This document shows, piece after piece, positions 35,552 to 47,155 of a DNA stretch of 64,000 bases. The stretch is from Flectonema sp. DT1601 (Eukaryota). The notes beneath the pieces were generated by a model. The model was not told the origin of the DNA. It saw only the letters and a list, made by a program, of their open reading frames with translations, and made no database searches. A program made the position numbers and the translations under genes. The stretch spans positions 744,001 to 808,000 of the forward strand of contig OZ025786.1 of assembly GCA_964019425.1 (NCBI GenBank), in the 5' to 3' direction. The stretch's first letter is position 1; each line of letters begins with the position of its first letter.

Positions 35552-37195
35552 AAAAGGAAAATTCAAAACAAACCAAAACACTTACTACCAGAACCTTAAA
35601 AAAAAAAAATTTTTTTTCTGATTTTTGTTTTAGAATTATCCTAGTTCGCCTGTGAATAACAAAGTAGTCGTGTGAATTTGTAAGTAAAGATGACTCCTTC
35701 TTACACAAGGGAAGAGACTACTGAGAAATAAATACCCATAAATAATTTTTTTTCATTAAATGTTGAAGTGTAGGAGTATGCGGTTGTCGGTACAAAAAGA
35801 AAGAATGAAAAAAAACTCCGAAATAATGCATTCAAGTCGGAGTCAAGGGAATGTACGAACAACGCATAATGCAAGTACCGTATACTCACGTAGGGCACAC
35901 AACGAAACTAAGGAAGCACCAAACATCTTGGATCCAAAGCCGAACAACAAACACAAATGCGGAGTGCTTTTTTTTTTTTTTTTAATTTTCAACTCGTTGT
36001 GCAGATATAAAAACCTCAGTCACAACGACAAGACTATTCAAAATTTACATTGTCTTCTAGCTTACGCATGAAGGATACAAATAGTCCAAGGGAAAGCAAC
36101 AGAAGAATGCCTGCATATGATAATTGAACTGCCCTCACTAGAAAACTTGAATCGCAAGTATTATCTAAACAAACTTTTTTCTTTTTTTTTTTTTTTTTTT
36201 TTTTTTTTCAGGGAATGCCTTGCCACAGCACTTGCCCAACTTGCTCAAATATAAAAGAAGAAAAAAAACGATTGTAGTAAGAAAAAAAGAGGAGAAACAG
36301 AAGAAATAAAAAGAGAAGAAGAAAAAAAACGCAAAACACCACAGTCAATCCATCGTTGGGATTGTCGAATTTCCGGCCGTCTTGAAAAACTACAACCATA
36401 AATAAAAAACAGAATAAAAATAAAATAATAACATTTTTCTAAGTAGTGACTTGCTTGTTCATAGCTCAGTCTTGGTGTAGATATATTTGCTCTACATAAA
36501 GTCAACAGAGTTTTTGTTTTTTTTTTTTTCTTCGAAAAAAAAAAAGCAAAACAACAGAGAGAAAGAGTGCACTTGAGGAAAAAAAAAAAAAAAAAGAAAA
36601 AAAGGAAAACTTATTTTCAACAGTTCTACGCCTGCTGCCGTATTCCATAATGTCCTTATTTGAATGGGAACTATGTAAGAAAGGAAGAAAACAATAATAA
36701 AAATAATTTAAAAAAAAAAAAAAAAAAAAAAAGGAAAGGAAAGGAAACAATGAATTCCTTTAATTTTTCACCTTTTCTCTCGTACGCAAAACAAACAGAG
36801 AAAATTTTTAAAAGCAACTGCCTATAGTTTGTTGCACAAGCGACAGTCACCAAGAAGAGAAATAATGACCACATAAAAATTTGTGATAAAAAAAAAAAAC
36901 ACACATAGTGATCAATAGTAAACCGGTTTTTAAAAAAAAATGAGATTGCGTGCCTTTTGCCGCCGACATTCTTTCCTCTAAGCCTGCTGTTGTACTTCTC
37001 TTTATAAAAAAAAAAAAAGAGGGAAAAGAAAAAAAAAGAAGAAGAAGAAAATTATTTCTGCTGAAGTATTCTCCATAAAAATATACGAAGCAGAAAATAA
37101 TTTCTGAAAGAATGTTGAGAGGATTCACGACAGCGCTAAATATAACTAACCAGGAATTCCCATCTTTTATTTTAAACAGATACAAAATCTAAATA

Positions 37196-39796
37196 TTACA
37201 TCAAGAATGGATCTGTCAGTAAGCTTTGTGCCGTAGGTCTTAATTCAGGATCTCTGGTGAAACATTTATTTATAAAATTAATAGCGCTTTGGTCTTTCAG
37301 AGTCCCAGGTATGACAGGACTGAAATTACCATATCCGAGTGATTGCATAAAGACTCTTAATTTGCTGCCAACAGTAGAAACATACGGTAATTCAAATGTA
37401 GCTAGCTGACACGCTGTGATTCCGAATGACCAAACATCACTGACTCTTACTGTACAGCCTCTGCATCCTTCTGGAGACATGTACATTGGAGTTCCAACAA
37501 TTTCCATTTTTTTGACTGTGCTGGTGAGTTTGGCTGACGCGCCGAAATCAGCCAACTTACAGACACCCTCAGCAGTCAAAAGTACATTGTGTGGTTTTAA
37601 ATCTCTGTGGATTATATTCCTGTGGTGCAGATATGCGAGTCCTCTGAGGATATCGAGAGAGTATCTCCGAACCATACTAACTGGAAGAGGACCTCCAAAT
37701 GACTTCAACACGTCTTTGAGTGATCCACCACAAATCCATTCCATCACAACAAAAGCTGTACGACTAGAGAGTCCTGAAGACAAGTAGGACACAACATTGT
37801 CATGGCGGAGGTTTTCCATTACTGCAACTTCTTCTACAATCTCTTGGCATTTTTCGAGTCTGACGACCATCGTTTTTACAGCAACCAGTGCACCAGTACT
37901 TGACATCCCGAGACGAACTTTGCCGTATGCTCCAGAACCTAAAACTCGAGTAAGAAGCAGCCAACTGACTCCGTTGGTATCGACCAAGGCATTGCCTACT
38001 TCGTCTGACTCGACTCGCATTCCGACGCCTAAGTTTTCAACTTCTCTGATTTTACACATTAATAGACCTCCGTCAGGTTTCTTATCATTTAGAAGAGTAA
38101 GATCCTGAACATCTAATGCGATCGTATCACTAACAGAACCTGCCCTTTGAAGTACTCCATCAGGAAGGTCATTATCATGAGTACGACTTTCAATATTATC
38201 CCATCCTATAAAAGATCTTATGTAACCTTCTTCGTCATCACCACTTCCAAGAATCTCTTCACTGTCAGTGTTTCTTTGATGAGTTGCAACACGTAGTAGT
38301 CTTAAGGCTTGTTTGTCCCCAGCATTTGTTAGTAAATATGTAGTCAGTTTGCCTTGCGATTCTCCCCAAAGGGATTTACGGAAAGCGGAGACTCCGTCCA
38401 GATAGAGATCGTAGTTGTTAAATTTAGTACCTGAGCATCCAATAGGTGAGATGAGTTCGTAGACTGTGTGGATGTCTCTCATTTTACTCTTTTCCGAAAT
38501 CGGAAATGAAATTGTGTCAATTGGACGTGCAAACATTTGATCGCGTACACTGTTGTATGTGTCTTCTGTTATTATTACTCGACAACCAATTCTCCTTGAG
38601 AGTTGACTAAGCATTGGAAGAGATGTAATCGCATCACCAAACACTGATGACACTCTCATGTTATCAGTTCCGACATATCCAACTCTGACATTACCAGTTG
38701 TGACTGCTACTGACCAACTCTCTCTTGGAGCAATTGTTATTAATGTTGATTTTATTTCGAGAGCACATTTACATGCCTCCATCGCATGCTGATGATGCGT
38801 CCTGTGGGCATTCCATGTTGCGATAAAAGACGTTGCTGTAGTCTGGAGATATATCCCATGATATTTCTTAATTGTTTCCGCAACTGCTGTAAACCAAGGC
38901 TGCAATATACTTTCTGAAGATTGATGGAGGTCGATAATTATCATCGTCGCAGCCTTTTGCTTAAACGAAAAAGCTTCCAGCTTTGATAATTGTTTGCGAA
39001 GCCTGTCATCTTTTCCTTTGACAGCTTCTCGTTGGGCGGCTCCTAATGAAGCTGTGGTGCATACAGAAGTAGAAAGAGATTCATTTGTTCTTCCAGCTTG
39101 CACTACACGGTGTAGAACTGGTGCAGGACGACGTCGTTTTGCTGTTGCTGTTGCTTGAGAAAAAGCACTTGCATCGGTACCAGTTGAGTGAATGGTTAGG
39201 TTGTTCTGAAGTGGGAAATCCGTCAGTGACATTGTCGTGATCTCATCATCAAGTCCAAGTTCGTGGATGTCAGTTCTGTTTCTGGCATCGACGTTTAAAG
39301 GATTTATAACAGATCCTTGAGTACAGTCATCATCAGATTCGTAATCGTTCTTCGCGTATTCTTTAACCGCATCTGGAATGAATGACTTGTACTGTAATAA
39401 ACTTTCGCAACAAATATTAAAAGCTCTAATAACGTCTCGTAGCTCTGACGAGTTTAACCTCGACGGATCTGTAAGAATAATTGCTTCTTCTATATGAAGT
39501 TGAGTTACAGCATCTATTGCATGCAGCAACGCGTCAACAGATGCGGATAAAAGTACTATCGATATCACGTTTGTTCCTAATGTTATGACTAGACCAGCGG
39601 AACAGAGTGATATTAACATGAGGTCATCAGTCTTTAAGATCGCATACGCCATTAAAAACGTGTTGACAGTGAGTGCAAAAGCTAACAACCATCTTATACT
39701 CATCGCCATGCAAGAATTGCCATCTTTCTCCATGTCAATAACAGCCTGAGATGGCCGACGTGCTGATTTCGAAGGTGAAACTTCGAATGCTGCCAT
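37196..39796 (-). CDS. Two-TM receptor-like protein with a degenerate class III nucleotidyl cyclase domain and a C-terminal STE/MAP3K-type kinase
   Basis: Two hydrophobic helices, then a HAMP-like segment; cyclase-like AVTTGNVRVGYVG...VFGD; kinase motifs LGSGAYGKV, AVK, HRDLKPHN, DFG, GTPMYMSPE and DVWSFG. Confidence 0.9.
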   Translation of the reverse strand: MAAFEVSPSKSARRPSQAVIDMEKDGNSCMAMSIRWLLAFALTVNTFLMAYAILKTDDLMLISLCSAGLVITLGTNVISIVLLSASVDALLHAIDAVTQLHIEEAIILTDPSRLNSSELRDVIRAFNICCESLLQYKSFIPDAVKEYAKNDYESDDDCTQGSVINPLNVDARNRTDIHELGLDDEITTMSLTDFPLQNNLTIHSTGTDASAFSQATATAKRRRPAPVLHRVVQAGRTNESLSTSVCTTASLGAAQREAVKGKDDRLRKQLSKLEAFSFKQKAATMIIIDLHQSSESILQPWFTAVAETIKKYHGIYLQTTATSFIATWNAHRTHHQHAMEACKCALEIKSTLITIAPRESWSVAVTTGNVRVGYVGTDNMRVSSVFGDAITSLPMLSQLSRRIGCRVIITEDTYNSVRDQMFARPIDTISFPISEKSKMRDIHTVYELISPIGCSGTKFNNYDLYLDGVSAFRKSLWGESQGKLTTYLLTNAGDKQALRLLRVATHQRNTDSEEILGSGDDEEGYIRSFIGWDNIESRTHDNDLPDGVLQRAGSVSDTIALDVQDLTLLNDKKPDGGLLMCKIREVENLGVGMRVESDEVGNALVDTNGVSWLLLTRVLGSGAYGKVRLGMSSTGALVAVKTMVVRLEKCQEIVEEVAVMENLRHDNVVSYLSSGLSSRTAFVVMEWICGGSLKDVLKSFGGPLPVSMVRRYSLDILRGLAYLHHRNIIHRDLKPHNVLLTAEGVCKLADFGASAKLTSTVKKMEIVGTPMYMSPEGCRGCTVRVSDVWSFGITACQLATFELPYVSTVGSKLRVFMQSLGYGNFSPVIPGTLKDQSAINFINKCFTRDPELRPTAQSLLTDPFLM

Positions 39797-41214
39797 TTGC
39801 AGCACTCACCTATTTGAAGAAAATACTTTTTTTTTTTAAAATACATTTCAAAAACTTACTACTTGCTAGCTATTTATACGTTACTTTTATGTTAACCTGT
39901 CTAAAATATAACTATACCAACGTAGTAATTTCGTAACACTTCCGGTGGGTAAATGCGAGATAAGATAATGCTCGGATCTCACAAAACAGTAATTTATTTT
40001 ATTTATTTATTTACGAAGCTTCGGAGCCAAAAAAAGCCAGGAAAAGCTAACAGTTATATCGATACCAAAAACCGTGAGAGTTGAATTGGGACAAATAGAG
40101 AGGTAATAAAAAAAAAAATATAAAAAAAAACATAGCAAATAATTAACTTTATATAAAAAGAAAGTTTAATTTCTTAAAAGATAATTTTGATAGTTATAAA
40201 TATTAAGTTAGGGAGGGAAAGATAGTTCCAATTTGTTACACAGGAAGAGTTAACAAACAACTTGAAACTCCATAAATAAACGCAAGCAATTAATTTCAAA
40301 GATAGAATACTAATAAAAGCATTGATGCAATAAAACTATAAACAAACGTTAACAATAATCATAGATGGCAGGCACACAATTTCTAAGCGAAATTCGATTC
40401 TAAATGGACCGCACGAAGTGAGATAGTTAGAAGCAAACAGTTAGCTCGCGAACGTTGCTTACTGGTTAGTACCATTTCGACTGTGCGTTAGAAATCGTCT
40501 TTTGCGTATGAAACAGGTAGGCATCTCCAGTGTTAGATATGATGTTATCGAGAATCCATATTCTGTCTGCTACTACCCCCTTAAAGTGTCCTTCATCCAC
40601 TCTGCGACGCCAGCCTACATATGTATGTAATAGAGTGCTGAATCATATATGGCATAGGCTGGATTAATCTTTTTATTGGGATTTTTGTATAAAAGTTAGA
40701 TTATTAAAATGGTCCCCAAATCATGCCATGAGGTTTGTTGTAAAAGAAAAAAATTAAAAAAAATAGTTAGTATTATTTGGTTATCAGTCAATTTTAAAAA
40801 AAAAAAAAAAAAAATTTCAAGTTGGGTTCTGGAAAATCTTTCTTCGGATATTAAAAAATATTATCAGTCAATCTTAGTATCTTGAAACACAGACCAAGGA
40901 GTCTAACACGTGTGCAAGGTTGACAAACCCATAAGCCGCACTGAAAGGGATTTTATGTGCCAACCTGGGGGTGCAGCACAGCCCGATCCCCGATTTATTG
41001 GAAAAGGATTTGAGGTAACCTTGATGGCAGGGTCGACACCAAGGCATTTTGTTGATCGCAGCTAGTTTTACTGGCGCACAGGGAAAATAGATAACATGAC
41101 ATAATAAATAAACGGCTCTTAATCTGAATAGTTTCCTATCCGACTTCGTCGGTGCAAAAAAAAAAAAAAAAAAAGAAATTGTCCTTAAAATAAAGCCTTT
41201 AAAAAAATAATATA

Positions 41215-44200
41215 AAAAACAATAAAAGACGATTAGTAAGAAAAATAAAAGGCACGACACACTACATGATTCACTTTCCATTCGTACTTCCCCGAGGGTC
41301 AGCTTTTCCCCCTTGTCTTTATGGTAACGAATCTCGGAACGTACTTGCACTGCCTCTATGTAGCCCGCAGGCGCTGAAGCAATCTGCAAGTAAAACAGAC
41401 GAGTCAATAAAGAATCGCTTTGTTAAATATTTCAATGAGTAAACACAAAAAAAATTTTATTTTTTTCATTAAAATCCATCATTGGATTTTAACCTTTATC
41501 TTGATGAATTTAATTTGTTAATAAAAACAAAACAAAATTAAACAAAAAATACCAGGAAACACAAATGATCAACGATCACATACAACATAATCAAGATAAG
41601 AGGATCACTGTACTTTGTTATTGACAAAGGCAATGATTTCCTCTTTTTTTTTTTTTTCTTTTTTTTTTTTTTCGCCGAAGCGAAGATGCCGGGAAGAAAC
41701 CACATGTTAGTACAGTCTTTTTACTTTTCTTTGTCTGCTGGAATTCTATCTGAGAAAACCGGTAGTCTTTAAAATTGTAAGCCAAGTACAAGTTGCCTCC
41801 TGACGGGTATATTGTGGGTAGTTCGAAAACGTTGCGCTCCAAAATATAACAAGACTCTACTCCACCCGCGTCAGGCGCATCTCTTGTCTTAGCCCTAGCA
41901 TGCTACGTTGGAACATTGTCACCAGCCCGGTGGACCAAGTTGTAAATATTGCCCCTGGTTTACTCATCACTCTTCCGTGTGACGGCGGTTTTTTTTTCCC
42001 AAGGGAATATGCTTAAAGTATTTCCACGCCGCTACATAATCACACAGTCAACTAAACAGGTGACCATTATTTATTTATTTTCGAAATCCTAACACTTGGA
42101 CGTCAAGGTAAGCCTACAGGGTACACAATCGTAAAGATTGCAGACAGAACATGTCGCAGTGAAACTTTGACAACGAAAAGACCACATAAAAGGGAAATAC
42201 CTTTTTTTTTTTTTTGTCTTATTGACCGCAGAAGACTTTGTCGAATCTGGTAATTCGGGGACAGAGTAAGCCACGACAATAAGAAATACCGGATCTCAAT
42301 TTGAAAAATAGTTTCTCTCCGACAAAAAACCATTCAGAGTAGCCTTATATTTCGTTGAACGCAGACAAAATCCTGTCGCACAGGGGAAATAAATCTTATT
42401 CATAAGAAATATCGGCTTTCAATCTGAATAGTTTCTTCTCCGACTACGTCGGTACAAAAAAAAAAGAAAGAAGAAGTTGTCTTAAAAACATCCTTCTAAG
42501 TCCAAGACGTTGGGGTAAATTATTTTGATTAGGTTTATGTGAAAATTAAATAATCTCTGCATTGTATCAAAGCTAAATAATGACATTAAAAAACTCATGA
42601 CTAATAATGTTTATATAGGCTTAACACTCACACGTAGGGGTGATAAAAACTGGTACCTCGATTCTCGACAAACATTCCGGCACCTGCCTGACCAATTCTG
42701 CCAACAGAAATGATATTCAAATCAAATACATAAAGTAGCAAATAAAAATAAACAAACAAAAGGTCGCACTGAAGACAGTCATTCCAAAAACCTAAAAAAA
42801 CAACAGCGAGAGGAGGAGGGTTGACCCTTTTATGTTTCCTCTCATTCATATGTTTTTTTGTGTTCTGTTTTCAGCTCAATGATCACCACTATCTCTTCCA
42901 TTTCGTTGATCGGTTGAGAGATCTAACCAAAAAAATGACAACAAACGATCCACGAGAATATCTAACCTTCGCGGCAGGTTACTCGGAGGCTGGCTGGTGG
43001 AGTGTCCGCGCAAGTTCGCAAGTTCCTGTGTCCTATACAGATAGAGTTTCTTGAGTCCGGTGTGTGCCCTAGACTCAGCGGCTTCCAAAGTATAATCTTC
43101 GTGAAAGCGTTTTCGCTGGTTATGGTACTGTGTCTTATAACGTGCAGCCAGGAGCTGAAGCAAGCTGGCAAGTCAATAAATATTCGCTTTGCACAACCAG
43201 AGGCTGCTTGAAATCCTCAATGAGTATACACAAAAGAAAAGAGAACAGCAAACTAAATTATCTCAAATACTAAAAACAGACTGCTAAACGAAAATATTAT
43301 TTGTAAAATCAAAAACAATAAAAGACGATTAGTAAGAAAAATAAAACAAAAAATACAGGATGACCCACTAGATGATTCACTTTCCGTTCGTACTTCCCCG
43401 AGGGTCTGCTTTTTCCCCTTGTCTTTATGGTACCAAATCCCGTAAGTACTTGCACTGCCTCTATGTAGCCCGCAGGCGCTGAAGCAATCTGCAAGTAAAA
43501 CAGACGAGTCAATAAAGAATCGCTTTGTTAAATATTTCAATGAGTAAACACAAAAAAAAATTTATTTTTTTCATTAAAATCCATCATTGGATTTTAACCT
43601 TTATCTTGATGAATTTAATTTGTTAATAAAAACAAAACTAAATTAAGCAAAAAATACCAGGAAACACAAATGATCAACGATCACATACAACATATTCAAG
43701 ATAAGAGGATCACTGTACTTTGTTATTGACAAAGGCAATGATTTCCTCCTTTTTTTTTTTTTTTTTTTTTTTTTCCCAAGGGAATATGCTTAAAGTATTT
43801 CCACGCCGCTACATAATCACACAATCAACTAAACAGGTGACCATTATTTATTTATTTTCGAAATCCTAACACTTGTACATCAAGGTAAGCCTACAGGGTA
43901 CACAATCGTAAAGATTGCAGACAGAACATGTCGCAGTGAAACTTTGACAACGAAAAGAACACATAAAAGGGAAATACCTTTTTTTTTTTTTGTCTTATTG
44001 ACCGCAGAAGACGTTGTCGAATCTGGTAATTCGGGGACAGAGTAAGCCTCGACAATAAGAAATACCGGATTTCAATTTGAAAAATAGTTTCTCTCCGACA
44101 AAAAACCATTCAGAGTAGCCTTATATTTCGTTGAACGCAGACAAAATCCTGTCGCACAGGGGAATAAATCTTATTCATAAGAAATATCGGCTTTCAATCT

Positions 44201-44482
44201 GAATAGTTTCTTCTCCGACTACGTCGGTACAAAAAAAAAAGAAAGAAGAAGTTGTCTTAAAAACATCCTTCTAAGTCCAAGACGTTGGGGTAAATTATTT
44301 TGATTAGGTTTATGTGAAAATTAAATAATCTCTGCATTGTATCAAAGCTAAATAATGACATTAAAATGATGGATTTTAACCTTTATCTTGATGAATTTAA
44401 TTTGTTAATAAAAACAAAACTAAATTAAGCAAAAAATACCAGGAAACACAAATGATCAACGATTACATACAACATATTCAAG
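41215..44482. repeat. Local segmental duplication of repeat-derived DNA (41215-42591 ~ 43312-44366), plus a third partial copy at 44370-44482
   Basis: Long near-identical blocks visible by eye; copy A has 316 extra bp (41673-41988) inside a poly(T) tract. Confidence 0.9.
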
Positions 44483-44571
44483 GCTACTCTCTAAGCTGAC
44501 ACTGGAATACAAGGAAGCCCTTATTTTTTTATTTCTCGCTGTTAAATCCTGCCATTTGGATTAACAACCGT

Positions 44572-46380
44572 CTAACGACCAAAATGTTTCAAAGAAGTAA
44601 CTCCAACGAGAATATCATTTCCAACTGGGGCGGGGGCAGGGATAGTGTGAACTCCAATTTCAATTTCACCTGCCGGAGCAGGAATGCTGTGAACACCGAT
44701 CTCTACATCAGGCAATAACGGAGAGTGTTCTATAACTTGCGGTGGTATGTCTTCTGGAGGTTCTTCCGGTGCAGGCATAGCTCTGATGTTTATATCGATT
44801 TCTTCTTCTTCAACAGCTGCGGGTAGGATCTCATCAGATGATTCACTCACGTCCGCGTATTCTTTCTCACGTCTACATGCAAGAAGTATACAACAACAAA
44901 CACAACAAAGTAATAATAACAACAGCAATGGCCAGATTGAAAAGACATCACTCTCAGCACAAAATACAGATCCCAACGGCTCAAATACAACACAGAGAGG
45001 ATTTTGTGTTATTGAAAGAGTGGGTGTTAGGGAAAGTGTCTCAGTTAGAGAGATGGTCAGCGTAAGAGAAAAAGTATCAGTCGGGGTCAACGAGAACGTA
45101 GGCGTCAATGACAAAGTTGGTGTTGGAGTGTCGCAGGGTGGTGTTCGACATCCGCAAAAACCCTCAGCTGGATACCAATTACCGTCCGTACCACACCTAA
45201 TCTGGGATCTAATACCACTCCCATCAGCTGTTACAGGTGTCGACTTACTAGGAACACAAGTAACATCAACTAAAGGTTTGTCTAAGTTACAAGTATAATT
45301 ACATTCTGTTCCTGAGATAGTTAAAATATCAACACATCCAGGGTCTGTTGGAGGTCCCGGAAGACCATCAGTCACTAAGTTAACATATTGATATGCAGGT
45401 GTTTCATTACGTCCTGGAATCGAAGCGTTATTAGACGCGTCTGGTCTATCACAAGTTGGCAGGTTAGTACATCTGTAAGGAGTCCATTGACCATCAAAAC
45501 AACGTGGTACTCCAACTCTAGTGAATCCCATGTTACAAATAGCAGAACAGACGAAACCTGAAAAAATCCTTCTCCCCATAATTGGATTACAAAATGTCAA
45601 AGATGCAGGATTGACATCTGCAATAACTGGAACATTATTGGTGCAATCAGCTAACCCATCAGCAACGGAAATGTCATACTTCCAGTGAGCATTTTCATCC
45701 ATCGCACAGGGAGTAGAAGCGCCGCCTACTGCTTTGGTTGAAGGGTTCAAATCATCGTTTGTCCCCCCAGTCCAGGTCTCATAAGTTCCAGCTTTAACAT
45801 CTCGGATATTGATACCGTACATGGTTCTGTGTTCGTTAAGTATTCCGTTCATATTACCACCTGGTTGGTTACAATTTATTGTTTGGATTTGATCATCAGC
45901 TGGTGGGAATGTACCTGTTCCAGATGTTACTGCTGTTCCAAACTGACCAGGCATTCCAGGGTTTACTTCATAGCATGATAGCTCAGAGTCTGCAAACATG
46001 AGGGAATCTCCTGTATTTGGATCGGTGACAGCAGTGCAATGACCTGCTCTTAACATTTCAAATTGGAAATCTTCCACCGTTGCTGTTCCTGCAATTCCAG
46101 GATCCGCAGTGGCACAAGGCAGAGTCGGACAATCTTGCAAACTACACCAAGCGCTGAAGCCAGACATTGGAACGATACCATTCGGTTCTCTGATAGAAAT
46201 AGTACCAGGAACCGATCCATTTACTGGATTATCATGATATGTTCCAACCCAAAAAGTAAACGCGTCCGGGTTACTTGGTGACGTTGACGTACAAATAATC
46301 GATTTATGGCCCTCAACTACTATGAAGACTTCAAACAACCACACACAGAATGCGACAATCGTCACTTCTTTGATACTCAT
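44572..46380 (-). CDS. Cys-rich type I membrane/surface protein, tandem paralog 1
   Basis: Signal peptide (MSIKEVTIVAFCVWLFEVFIVVEG), Cys-rich ectodomain with Sushi/CCP-like C...C..GF......C.DGQW units, TxS/T stalk, TM with CCVCCC cluster, acidic Pro-rich tail. Confidence 0.9.
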   Translation of the reverse strand: MSIKEVTIVAFCVWLFEVFIVVEGHKSIICTSTSPSNPDAFTFWVGTYHDNPVNGSVPGTISIREPNGIVPMSGFSAWCSLQDCPTLPCATADPGIAGTATVEDFQFEMLRAGHCTAVTDPNTGDSLMFADSELSCYEVNPGMPGQFGTAVTSGTGTFPPADDQIQTINCNQPGGNMNGILNEHRTMYGINIRDVKAGTYETWTGGTNDDLNPSTKAVGGASTPCAMDENAHWKYDISVADGLADCTNNVPVIADVNPASLTFCNPIMGRRIFSGFVCSAICNMGFTRVGVPRCFDGQWTPYRCTNLPTCDRPDASNNASIPGRNETPAYQYVNLVTDGLPGPPTDPGCVDILTISGTECNYTCNLDKPLVDVTCVPSKSTPVTADGSGIRSQIRCGTDGNWYPAEGFCGCRTPPCDTPTPTLSLTPTFSLTPTDTFSLTLTISLTETLSLTPTLSITQNPLCVVFEPLGSVFCAESDVFSIWPLLLLLLLCCVCCCILLACRREKEYADVSESSDEILPAAVEEEEIDINIRAMPAPEEPPEDIPPQVIEHSPLLPDVEIGVHSIPAPAGEIEIGVHTIPAPAPVGNDILVGVTSLKHFGR

Positions 46381-47155
46381 TTTGATAGTTTTGTCCAACT
46401 GAGGTGAAAGTATTTAAACCAAAATTCAAATACTACAAAACTATTTATGTGACAAACTGACAGTATGATTACCACATAATCAACATGAGCCTCGTCACAG
46501 TTTGTGCAGAGATTGCGCCTTACAACAGAAGAAGGTTTCCAATGTACTCTCGTAACGCCATGTTGTTCATTTATTTTTGTTTTTTAATAAAGGAATAGAT
46601 TAAGTAAAGACTACTACGATATTATTTCTACTGAAAATTGGTTTTGTAGGAACAAAAAAAAAAAAAAAAAAAACACACAAAGTAATTAATACTTTTGATA
46701 CGTTCTTTTGTTCCCCCTACTTAACGGCACCTTCTTCTCTTACTACCCCCGAGGGTTAACACAATTTTCAAGTCTGTATACCATTGAACCATATAACTCA
46801 ATGAGGCGTTGGGCACATGCATGATTGCCATGTAGCCTCTAAAGCAACCTGCAACAGGCCAGTCAATAAAGACTCGCTGTACACAACGGAATTCAAAATC
46901 ACTTAATAAGAAAATAATCCACTCTTTAAAAGCATTCAGCGAGTAAACATTGAAAAAAAAGAGGAACTAAAAATAGAGGGAAAAAAAAAAAACTAAAACA
47001 GTAAATTGCTAAACTACAACTTCTTTTTTTTTTTTGAAAACCCTACTAGTCCGCACAACTTCGATTTATCATAAGGTACAGGGATGCATAGGGACACCAA
47101 GAAGCTCCGTTTTCTATTTTTCACTTATTCTGTTATTCACTTTCTCAACACCTGT

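Noticed and set aside
25750..37190. Many 60-140-aa Phe- or Lys-rich ORFs
   Set aside because: Produced by poly(T)/poly(A) tracts, often with non-ATG starts and no protein-like composition.
41565..41625. Spliced-leader-like words (caacgat...ctgtacttt..ttattg)
   Set aside because: Spacing and sequence do not fit a 39-nt euglenozoan SL exon, and no GT donor follows.
41870..41972. Box C/D snoRNA on the minus strand (GTGATGA...CTGA)
   Set aside because: No terminal stem and no rRNA complement that I can identify; such boxes occur by chance.
44747..45298. Plus-strand 183-aa ORF repeated three times (also 47334 and 50073)
   Set aside because: Antisense shadow of the surface-protein genes.
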